A stretch of 64,000 nt of DNA from Limisphaerales bacterium. Its GTDB lineage: Bacteria > Verrucomicrobiota > Verrucomicrobiia > Limisphaerales > SIBE01. Below the pieces are notes generated by a model that searched no databases, was not told the origin of the DNA, and was given only the letters and a program-made list of their open reading frames with translations. A program made the position numbers and the translations under genes. The stretch's first letter is position 1. Each line of letters starts with the position of its first letter. Positions 1-12,000 of this stretch are shown here, piece by piece. The stretch spans positions 1 to 64,000 of the forward strand of contig JBGAIN010000002.1 of assembly GCA_044225505.1 (NCBI GenBank). The letters run 5' to 3'.

Positions 1-1
1 C

Positions 2-3000
2 TCCCACCTGGTTTAGCGTCAGATTCAGGACCGTCGCAGGTTGCGCCAAGGTCAAAAACGGATTGAGAGGATCCCCGACCACGCCACTGCTCAAGGTGAC
101 GGTCAGATTGCTCACGACAATTCGGCCTTCCCGTAGGACGAGACTGTCAACCGCTCCTTGCCATTGCGGAAAATTGGGAAAAGTGACGGTCACTCCCCGG
201 AATTCGACCCCGTTCTGGGCCAGGACGGACGTGGTGCTGGTGATAATGACGACCGGAGAAAGGTCGATCCGCAGATTGCTTAAGGTGATGGAATCCAATT
301 GGACCGTCGTCTCGAGCGAAAAGCCAGGCGCCGCACTGATCCGGCGACCCGTGACGATCAAACTGAAATCGAAGCGGGCACTGCTTCCATTCGCGCCGAG
401 CTCGACAGAATTGCGCAGCGTCAGCACGCTGCGGCCGTCCGCAGCCGTTTCGAAGTCCCCGGTGCTGCTAAAAGTCCCGCCTGCGCCGTTGCCGCTGGTG
501 ACCGTAAACGTTCCATCAATCTCATGATCGGCGCCGACGATATTCTGCAATTCTCCGTTCGCAATCGCACCCAGGCGCACTTGCCCGCTCAAGGTTCGCC
601 CCGCCGCTTGCAACCCGGTGAGAGTCAGTTCCACTTGGCCGAGCGAATCAACGGCGAATTGCCCCTGACGCAACGAGGCCACGCGCAAACCGAAGCTCAC
701 CGTTCCGCCAGTGGCGACATTGGCTCCGCCGATTTTAAGCGTGGTGGTAAAGGTCCGATTCCAAAGCGACAGATCGACCACCGCGTCCGTCACCAGCACA
801 AAACTGTCAAAATTCTTCGGGTCCGGAAATCGCACGCGCATGCGGGTGATTTCTGCGGGAATGATTCCCGCCAGTCCCAGCTTCTTGTTGTAGCCTGCCG
901 GGAAAACGACGTCCGCTTCGGAGAGTTCGACCGAACCGTCGTGGTTTAAGGCCAGGCGAGTCAAGGTGACGGAAGGGCTACCGGCCGGATCGGCGATGAC
1001 GTTCAACCGGCCCGCGAGGTTCGTGAAAGCGAGGAGATCGTCCCCCGGGGCGGCTTTGGGATTGAACGTGAGGCGGGGATTGGCCGCGGTTACGTCGAGC
1101 ACTCCAGCCACGCTGCCCTGGAAATTGGGAGCGTTAACCGTCAGTCGACCGGTGCCGAAATCCCATGTGCCCGTGGCTCCCCCATCCAGAGTGAAGCTGG
1201 TCTGCGCGGGGGCGTCGGGAAGCACTTGAAGATTCGGGCTTGAAAATTGAACGCTGCCCGAGAGGGCCAAGGTCGGTCGAAGAATGGCATCGAGCGCCAG
1301 GCTGAACGTGCCGCTCGCCACATGGAGAACTCGAGGCGATGTCCCGGCGGAGAACGCCCCTGTGGTGGCCGCTTTGGTGAGCGAAAAGCCGTTCTTACGC
1401 ACGATTGCCTGATCCAGCGTGCGCAGTTGAGGATCAAGGTCCGGCAGCACGGCCAACGACATTTCCAAATTCCGCAACCGCGCCATCTCGTTGGAATTGG
1501 GATCGATGATCACGCGCAATGCCGGGCCCAGCGCGTCACCGCTCGCCGTCAGGGTTACAACATCCGGTAAAACCAAGGAGGCCGCGTTTGCTTCGAAGAC
1601 GAAACGGCCGACGGAACTGCTGGTGGTGTCGAGATCCAGCCGTCCAAGAATCGATTGTGCGGTGATCACGCCGTCAACTGCGACGGTCTCCAAGTTCGGG
1701 AATATGGCTGCGGAATCGGCCGTAATCGTCAAGTCACCGCTAACTTGGACGCTACTCGGAGAAATGGTGATCCGAAGATTGGCAGTCAGCACCGGATTCT
1801 TGATCTCGAACAAGTCCGGCAATCCAGGAATGAGGGGCGCCTCTTTAATGACAAAAGTGCCGTTGAGTCGAGTGCCAGCAGTGGCTGTCTGCCGCAAACT
1901 AACGCCGCCGGTCAGCGCTTTATTGCCACTCTCCACGTGGACGAGAGCAGCCCCCCCGCCCACCGCGCGAAAATCATACGAGTAAGTGCCTTTAAGGGCT
2001 TCGGGAAGGTAGGCCGTCCCCGTGCTTCCGCCGGTATATTGACTCCCTGGAATCTCCGCCAACGCGCCAGTTTGAGTCGTGAAGCCAACGCGCCGCCCTA
2101 GCGGGTCGGTGATGAACCCCTCAACGCCCGCCAAGGTCACGTTGAGCAACCGCTGCGGTGCAGCGGCCGCGAATGCCGCAAAATTAGCTGAAGTCGCGGC
2201 GTAGCCGAACTGCTGGAAAGCGGTGGTGAGGAAATCCACGTTGCCCAAGATCGAATCATGTCCGAGCTGGCCCAAACTGGCGATGACCCGACTTGTATTT
2301 TGGAAGGCGCCATCCAGGAAATGGAGCAATTGCGAGCCGCCCAGGAAGAAGGGCTCGAGCATCCCTCGCAAACCGGAAACTCCGTCGCCTCCCGCGGGAG
2401 TGACGACTGGGCGGACGGCAATTCCCGAGGCCGTCGTGGTGGCATCAAAATCGAACAAACCTCGAGTCCGAGTCCCGCCGTTATTGCCGGCCACGAAGGT
2501 GCTAAACCCAGCCCCTCCGCTGGTGAAGATCACCGCTGAAGCGCTCGTGGGTCTGACGGTTGAACTCGCCACCAGCGTCGGGGCGGGCGCTTGCGCTGGC
2601 GTTGTCGCAGTCAGGCGAAGCGCCTCGGCCGCTCGCGTCGAACGGGTTTCGGCGAGGATCGGAAAAGTCGCCGTGGTGGGAGCGGTGGGGAAATTGACGT
2701 AGATACTCGGGATCGTTTTCGTGAAAGAGATTTTGCCTCTGTAGAGCAGTTTGTTGTGGTCCAGGGCTCTCTTCCAATAGTCGTAGATGAACGCCTCCAA
2801 CTGCGGCCTGGTAGAGAACTGCGGCAGAGTCGGATTATTGAGGGAGAGGCGGAGCGACTCCAACTGATTTTCGGAGAGGTTCGACTGGCCGCCCACGGTC
2901 ATCAGGTTCGGTCCAAACAAGCCATTGATGGCTGAATTCCTTCGCTCGTCTGTCGTGCGCACCCGCCTGGTCTGCGGATCGATCGTGAGCGTGTCATACT

Positions 3001-6000
3001 CGTCCAACAGTCCCAGGTTGTGGCCGAATTCGTGAGCGAGCGTGCTGCCAAACCGCTTCCCAAGCGCACGAATCTTTTCCTCGCGCGCCGCGGCGGTGTC
3101 GCTACTCGGGACGAACTCGGGCCGGTCCGCCAGGTCACTGAGATTGTCGACCCAAAGGGTGATGCTGCTCTCGCGAAACGGATTGATGACCAGGTCCATC
3201 CGATAGGCCAGAGAGGCCGCAGAAAGGAATTCGCGCGGGGCAAAGTTTTGGCGACCGAAGAACGGTGTGTCGTAGGGAATCGTCTGAACCAGGAGCGACT
3301 CGAAAGTGCCTGAGGCAAAGTTCAGCCTCGCGTGGGCCAGCGTGCTCGTATCGGGATTGGCATCGAGTCGATTAAACAGGAACGAGACGTCGCCGCCCGC
3401 GGTGTCGATCGTCTTGATCTGCATTTCCGGAAACGCCCCGGTATTAGCCACGACGCGGAACGTGGCATTCAACTCTTGCAGCAGTGACTCGAACAACAAA
3501 GTCACATTGGCGTCAAGGACTGGAGACGCCGTTCCGCTCGGAAAGAGCAGGCGGCGAAATGCTTGCAGGCCGGCATCGGTGAAGCTGGCTTGGCTCAAGG
3601 CGATCTTAAGCAGTAAATCGGCGATCTGGGCTTTAAATGATTCACGCGAAACCGTGAGCACGTGAGCCGATGTCGCCGTCCCGAATATCTTCGTCTCTTC
3701 TCGCCCCGTGCCAGGTCCAAAGTCGTTGAGCGCGCGCCCAGTCGCTTCATTCTTAAACACCAAAAACGCACCCGATGACTCGATCCGCTTGGCGGGATCG
3801 ACCGTGGGAGCGATATAGCTGAGCTCCTGGGTTCGGTCGTCGAACTTGAATGTTTCCGGCGGTCCCACACTATCACGGACGCTGACGCTGACTCCCCGGG
3901 GTACGCTCAGGCGGATCGATCGGTCTTGATTCTCCAGCGTCGCACCGAAGCGGATGGTGTTGTCTTGGAAGCTGTCATCGCCCGCGTCCACGAGGAAGAA
4001 CAAGCGGAAGTTCTTTGTCAGCAGCGCCGGCTTGGGTCCGGTCGACGTTTCGTAAGAAGTGATCACGGCATCCAGCAATTGCACCGGAGGCTCGTTTGGC
4101 GCGATGTTCTTCATGTAGGTCGGGAACAGGACCGACTCAAATTCCATTTCCAGTTTCCCAGGCGAGCCGTTGCTCGCGGCAGGAACGATCAGTGTTTTGG
4201 ACTGATTATTCTCAAGAAACGTCCCATAAATGGCCTGTTCATTCTGATTGAAGAACCCGCTGCCATCCACCGTCTTGCTAACTCCGTTAACCTTGATTCC
4301 CGTTAACCGCAGGAAGTGATTGGCAGCGATGCGGAACCCAACGGTCCGATCCACGTTGGACGTGTTGGTGACGATCAGCGTGTTTTTGTCAATTCCTACA
4401 ACTGCGGGAACGAAACTCAGCGGCGGCAAAGGCTGAATCGGCGTGGGATCGAACTCGGTGACAAAGTTTTCCGTGACCGAATTGGGGAGTTCATCCGGCG
4501 TCGACTGATTGGTCGGCAACTGCTCTGGATCCGACTCAAAAAAGAAGACCGAGCCGTCTCCCGCGTCGCCGCTCGAGTCCGTGAACTGCAAGGCGGACGG
4601 ATCGGTTTTGTCCAATTGGACGTTGTCGAGGAGGACAGAGAACACACGAGCCCGCTGGCTGCGGCTCAGCTCCTGGCCGGAAACGCGGGTAAATGTAATC
4701 GTGACGACTTTGCCCTGGGCTGCCTCGGGAATGGCAATAACGCGTTTGGAGAAAGCAGTGTCGAGCGACGATGGCGGAACGATGTCGACCTCGTCCAGCA
4801 CGCGAGGATTGGCCTCACCTTCTATCTGCAAGGTGATTCGCAAGGCGGCATCGTCGTCCACCGCCGGGTTGGAGGAGTCGGACGGAGGAACGACAAAGGA
4901 ATCGTAGGAAAGGAATCGCGCATCGGGCGGCAGATACATCCGATTGTGCGTGATCGAGTCCTCATAGCCCAAGTTGTAGGCCATGTTGACTAACCCCTCG
5001 TCGAGGGCCTTGGCGAACCGCGCCGCCGCGCCTGTCGCGGCATCGCCCAAGCTCAGCCCGATTTCAGCCAGGACTTGGTTGGTCCAGCCCAGGAACGCGG
5101 TATAACGACCCGCCAAAGTCACTTCGGAAAAGATCCGGTTGACGTCATCGGTAAAATCGAGTTTCCCACCCGGACCAAAGATGCCGAATTGTTTGCCCAG
5201 GTCCAGAATCTCGGCGGCGAACGCATTCTCCTTCCCGGGGTTCAGGAAAAACGCGAGGTTTTCCCCTTGAAATCGACCGCCCGAGCCACCGTGGAATGAC
5301 CAGCCCGGAACCTCGCGCCAGGACGGATTTAAAAACTCGAAGAGCGGCTGGAGCAAATCGGATTGGCCGGCCTCGCGCCCCATCTGGTCCAGGAAATCGA
5401 AAAACCGATCGGCGTCTCCGCTCCCTGATTGCAGGGCCCCGGAACTACGGGTGAGCCAGTCGACCAGGAACGCGGCTTTCTCTGTCTTGGAGCTGAGCTT
5501 CAGCTCGCCCAGGAGAGTGCTCAAGATGGGAGTTTTGGTCAGCAATGTCTCGACCAGGTCACCTAAGCGCCCATCCGCTATCGCCGGGTTCAAGATCAAA
5601 AGTGGATAAGGAAACCGACCGAAGGTGGGGACGAGGCTTTGATCGAAATCGCCATTGAAGATGCTAGCGAGCTGACTGGCTGCCGCCGAAGGACGGCGGG
5701 CCGCGGCAGCCGCGTCTTCGGGCCGGTCATCGAGTCCTCCACCCAGTTTAGAGTAAGCCCATCCCGAGAGGATGCCTTCCTGGGTTTGAGTCAGATCCAC
5801 CGTGTCTCCGGTCGCACCTGCTGAATACCAGAGCTGATCGTTCGTCACCGGCACGAGCTTGGCGTTGCGCGTGACAGTTCCGTCCGGGGCCACTGTTTCC
5901 TCGAAATAAACCTGGCGCAATCCGGCCTCGTCATATCGCCAGATCGGGCTGGTGCCGCCCGGGTAATTGGCGAAAAAGTCCGTAGCGTTCAGCTGAACGG

Positions 6001-9000
6001 TGCCGGCATACCATGATTTGACGCGAAGGTGCGGTCCTCCAATGCCTAGGGCTGCCGGCCCCAGTTCAAAAATCGGCGTGTCGGCCATGAACCCGGGTCG
6101 GCCATTCAACTCAATATCAATGTCCGCGACGGGAGGTGACGCGGGATTCTTCGGGTCTGTCCCAATCGGGCGGCCGTCCGGCGTAAAACTCTGGAAAAGA
6201 TTACCATGATTGCCAGGGTCCGTCCCCCCGGCGGACTCCCAGTAAGTATCGGCAAAGGTGACGTTGTCCCAGACGGTCACTGCCGGCTCGTGAAAGTTGC
6301 CATAGGGAACTACCACCGCCCCGGCCAGAGTATTGAGCAGCGATGCCCCTGCCACCGCCCCTTGGATTGTGGTCCCTAACGGCCCGAGCGGCAGCGTCGC
6401 CAACGACGAGGCCAAGCTTAAGGCATTGAGAATATCCTGCAGCGGAACATTCAAATTTGGCTGCTCGAAATCGTGTGTATCCAAGAGTGTGACCTGGAGG
6501 TCAGACCCGTTGACCGCCTTGGAACCGACTCGATCCGGAAAATAGACGCCTAAGCGCCGAGCGATCTCACTAGTCACGACGGTGCCACGGCTAAAACCGA
6601 TTAAATGCAGATCGGATCCGAACAACTTTCCGGAAAGGTCCTGGTCCAACTGCACCAGTCCCGCAAAGATGGCATCCGCGGCGGCGCCCGAGAAACCCCG
6701 ATCGCCGATGCTTGAATCCGTCACCCAATCGGAGAGGAGCACGAGTGGACGGCCGAGGAAGCCCAGAATACGGCTGAGCGAAGCGGGGGCAGTGGCAAAA
6801 ACGAATTCACCCGACCGCTTCCCGCGGCTCAACTCATGCCAGGAACCGGTGTCCGGTTCATATTGCAGCACGAGCCCGTTGTTGCTACCCGCAATCATGT
6901 GCGCCAACTCCTGGAAATCTGTCGGCACGGCCGTGTCCACGTAAGGCAGTTGGAAGCCATGCGTGATCAAGGTCACAGCGCTGAATTCGCTCCCCGTGGC
7001 CACGACATCGGGCGTTTGGAAGGTACCAAAATCGCCGATGGCCGGTAGCCCTAGCAGATCCGCAAGGTCCGAGCTCAGGACCGCTTGCACTCCCCAATGA
7101 TAGGTTTGGCTTGCGGTCAGGCGCAGGTCGAGCAACCGCTGGTCACCAGGCTCGAGCACGAAACGAGTCGGAGCTGTTCCGGAGGAATCGGGCGTGAGAG
7201 TCAGCGTCAGAATACGATGGGGATTTGGGTCTCTCAGATCCGCGCTCAACTGGTCCTCGCTGAATAACCGCGCCGGGTCCGGAAAGAGCCCGTCCGTAGG
7301 GCCGCCCACACTCACAAACAAATGGACCGCCGAGATCTTCCCAGGCCCCAAGCTGCTCCCTTGGTAACGCCACTCAAACGCGGGCAATGTCAGCCCGGAA
7401 ACAACTTGTCCTTGCGCTGGAGTCACGAGGTCCAGTTCAGGATAGACGCCGTTCGGATCGTTCAGGATCGCTTCAATGCCGCCCAGCGCGCGAAAGCCCT
7501 CCATGTAACTTCGGCCGAAAACGTCCGGGTCAGCCGCGCCTTGCCGGAGAAACTTGTCTCGACCGAGATCCTTGCCTGAGCGCGTCACTTTCGCTTGGGG
7601 ATCGGAGCCAAACGCATTGAAGGCCAAGCGCAAGATCGTTCGCACTTCCTGGTAAGCAGTGGAAGCCAGATCCCACGCCCCACGGGCCACATCGATGGCT
7701 CCAGCCACCGCTGCCGCCGCGTTCACGGCAAAGGCCGTTCCCACCGCGGGCAAGGAAGCTAGAGCCGCCGCGCCGGCGCCGAGGAGGACCGCGCCTAATC
7801 CCGCGCCCAGCCGGGCAGCATTCTCCAAAGTCAAAGAATCCTGGACTGCCTTCAACAATGAAGCTCCCGCCCCATGCGCGATGACGTCGATGCTCCGGAC
7901 AATGCGACCCGGTTGACGCCGGATTGCCGCCTCCATGTCCAGAAGCGTCCGAACGACATAATCGGTGCCGAACTCGAACTTCGAGTTGTCGACGGGTCGA
8001 ATGACCTTCTTGAGATCAGGCTGATCGCCCAGGCCAGGGAAGAGCGGCAAGCGCCAATCGTAATTCGCCACGAATAGGTCCTTGCCCAATTCGTAACCCG
8101 CCGACACCAGCGAGGCGATTAGCGCGTTATACGGCCCCGCCACCGCCGCGGCCTTGGAAAGCGAAAGTTTCGCCGCTTCCAATCCGATTTTAAGCAGGTT
8201 CTGCGGAGTGGTGATATCGAAGGTGGACACTCCGATATCGGGGATGATGAGGATCGGACGCCGGGTCGGCTTCACATAGAGCAGAGCCTGATCGGTTCGA
8301 ACTTCACTTTGTCTGGAAGCCTGATTCTCGACTAATCGTTCCGTCTCTACCCAAATCGCCAACTCGCCCTTCGCGTTCAAGCCTTGGGACAGCACCAGGT
8401 TCGAAATGCCACCGATCAATCCGGGAAGTTGATCCCCCGTGCGAACGACCAACTGCGGCTCGCGCCCATTCGTCACGGAGTCACCGCTCGCATTGATCGA
8501 CTCCGAAATCGTGAACACGGCCTTCCCGCCATCTCGACTCTTGATTACCAGGGCGACGGTCAACGTGCGCACCCCATTCTTGGTGGCAGTCATCGCGATA
8601 ACCGGCCTTGTCTCGGTATCGATCGCGAGAGTTTCATCGCCTGCAAAACCTGCCACCGGACTCAGCTCAAGGAGCTTGCGTCCCGGCCCCGAAGCCACAC
8701 TCGCAAACAGCGTTAAAGGCCCAGGTCCTGTCGCCGTTATTCGCTGCCCAAAGAAGGTAATGACGCTGCCATCCGGGATGGCGCCGATCGTCGAGAGAAG
8801 CCGGTTGAAACCATCCGGGCCGGCAATGAGGTCCGCGAGTGCGGGCTGGATGCTTCCCCCCGGGACAATGGCGATCGCCCGCCCTGAAACCCCACTAAAC
8901 TGGTTCGAAAGCACAACGACCCGCCCCCCGTTCAACGCTACCGGCTGCAGCAGGTCGGTTGCGCTGCCGAGAAGCGAACCATCATCATCCAGGAGTGAGT

Positions 9001-12000
9001 TGGACCGGATTACAAATCGGCCCGAAGTTCCCTGGCCCGTCCCCACATAGAATACCGAGCCGTCCGCGCTCGTGGAAAAGACATCGAGAATCGAGGTGAG
9101 CTTAACATCAGGGTTGATCACGCCTGAATTGGACGGAGTAAACTCGTCCACGCCGACCTTGGCCAGGGTTTCAAACGTCCCTGGCTGGCCCACTGGATAT
9201 CGACGAAGTTCCGCAACACCGCCCACCATCGCGACGACGATGACTCTTCCAGTATTGTCGATCGAGACGGACTCTCCAAACGTCGCGTTGCTGCCCAACT
9301 GAACCAAGCTTCCCGCGGTGTTAAGCGCGAAAAGCGCGCCCCCCGTGGAAAAAGCGACCACTCCAGCATCGTTAATAGCGGAGCCCGGTAAAATCCGGGC
9401 GATATTTCCAGTCTGGGTCGAGCCAGCCAAAGTGACCGTGTAGCTGCTGTTGGTGCCTCCCGCCACGAACGTGTCCAATGCGTCCGGCTTGGGAGTCCCG
9501 GGATTGCTGAGCTGATTTTGGAGCCTAGCGGCGACCTGGCTTACAGTTGCGGGTTCGGCAGCTCCCGAAACAGTCAGATCATTGATCAAGATCGTGAACG
9601 TCTGAGCCGCTTTTTCAAATTGAACTTTCAGCAACTCCGTCTCGACCGGCGGAAACTGTTCCAAGTCTGGGAACGATACCTGGACTTTCCGCATTTCGGC
9701 GACGGTCTGAACAGCCGCCCCATTCGGATCGAATTGGAACATGACTTCGTTCGCCGAACTCGACAAGGCCGAGCCAACGCCCATATCGACATGGATCGCG
9801 TTAAAACTGAATGCCCCGTTGAACGCCAGCGTCCCAGTCAGAAACAGGGTTGTCCCACTGAACAATGGACTGGCGGACCTGGGAAACAGCGCCGCTTGGA
9901 TCGCCTGCACATCCAGGTGGCCGCTGACCGTAAACGACGGCACGAAGCTGACATCCAAGTTTAGTCCGAGAACAACGCCGCGCGCTCCGAGGATCACGGG
10001 GTTTCCAAAGTCGAAATTGAAATCAGGCCCTCCGAAACGGAGTCCTTCCAACGCAAAGCCGTTTCTCCGAAGCGCGATAGATTCCACTGACAACGTCGGC
10101 AAGCTCGGCATCCGCGGCACCTTCGCGATCACGCTGTCAAAACGAGCGAGTTCCGCAAAGGCGGAAGTCTCAGTCGGATCAAGCACAATTCTCCCGCCAC
10201 TCGAGTCCAGCGTCAGCAAGTCGGTCACCGACAAGTGAGCCGTCGCAAAACTCAGTTCCGTTCGGCCAGATCCGATGTCCAAACGTCCTTCCAACGTTTG
10301 TGCGCGCGCTTCAAAAACCCCGGCGAGAGTAGCCGCTGGGAACAGGACCAAGTCCGACGCCGTGACCATTGCGGTGCCGCCGACGACCGGGTAATCCAGC
10401 ACGAACAAGAGCGATAAATTCAGCTCCACTCGCACATCGTGCACCTGGGCTGCGGTCAGCGACTCGGTTCTAAAGTCTAAATTTGTGCCAGGCCCACCCG
10501 TTACCAGGCCGCGCAACGAAAAACCACCGGCGGTAATCTTAAGTTCCTCCACCGTCGCGGTCGGAAGTTCCGGAAAGACGGTGATCTTAGCGCTGACATT
10601 TCGGATCGTCCCCAGAGTCGTGTCGAACGCGATCTCCTTCGCGCGCGGAACCGTTAAGGTCACAGCCGGAGAGGTGACAGCCCCGACCGAATCCCGAGTG
10701 GCGGTGGCGTTGAGACTAATCGCTGGTCCGAAATCCATGGCCGCACTGTCAGCCCGAACCGTGGTTGCGCCCGTGATAAAATCGACACTTCCAGAGACGC
10801 CAGTAAGGATGGCGCCGCCATCCAACGCGGCCGTGCGCAGGTTAGGGAAAAGGGCGGCAGAAGCAGCTGTGAAGCCGGTCTGCAAATGGGCTTCGGCAGC
10901 GCCGGCGCCGAGCTGGAGGCTAGCCAACAACTGGGCGGTGCCATCCCGAAATTCCACCAATGCCGGGCTCCCCCCGAGGGCGACATTCAATGCCCCTGGC
11001 AACGGGACCGTCACGGAAAAGCCAGTGCGCCCGAGCGCCAGCGTGTTGACAGTGACGGCGGGCAGATTGGCAATGGAATCTTGCGTCAAGGCCAGGCCGC
11101 GCGCCTCGCCCGAGAAGGGAGCATTTCCTGCTGGGCTGGATCCCAAAGTCAGAGTGACCGCATTGCTCGCGGAGGCACGCAGCGTGACCCCCTCTGCAAA
11201 ACTTAGCGTTAACCCACTGGCAGAGAGCGTCAACGTCCCATCCACCAGATTGAAGCTTCCCGAGGGTGCCGCCACGGTTGCCGAAAACCCTGAAAGATTC
11301 GCAGTCGGAAACAGAGTTGCCGAAGACGCAGACAACTGCACCGTGCCTCCCGTCAACGCTACATTGGTGGGCACGCCAGAAACCAAAGTTTGGCGGAACG
11401 TGAGATTGAAGATGAGGTTGGCCCCGGCCAGATCAAGCACATCGATCGTTTCCGTCACCGGCACCGTTCCCGTGATCGTCAAGCTGGTCTGGGTCAGGAA
11501 TACCTGTGGCAATGCGGTGAGGTGCAGGTCGGGGAAGCCAAAGAACTCGAAGATTGGATTTCGGACCTCAGCAATGCTCCCGTTGGCCAGTGGCTGGCTC
11601 AGCACTCCAATCTCGGTCGCGGCCAATCGGAAGAGATTGGGCACCTCCAGATGGACTTCGGTCGGCGCCTCCCGCGAGAGCACCTCGGCAAACAACCGCC
11701 CATTCCCTGTGCTCACGCGCAATACGCCCTGAGCCAGGCTTGGAATGATCAGGTCGGCAAAGGTGCCGGTGAAACTACTCGCCGTTCCGAACTGAAACGA
11801 GCTGGCTAGCCCTAAGATCTCCGGGACATTCAGCCGAAACTCCAGCGCCCCCGCGAGCACACCGGCCCGGCTCACCTTCAACTGGCCCACCAGCGAGAGG
11901 TTATCTCCCACTTCCACAACTAGTTTTCCAGTGGCTCGCTGCGAATAGTCTCCGGTCACCGCAAGGGTGCTGCCCGGGCCGATTTGAATCGTCCCGTCGT

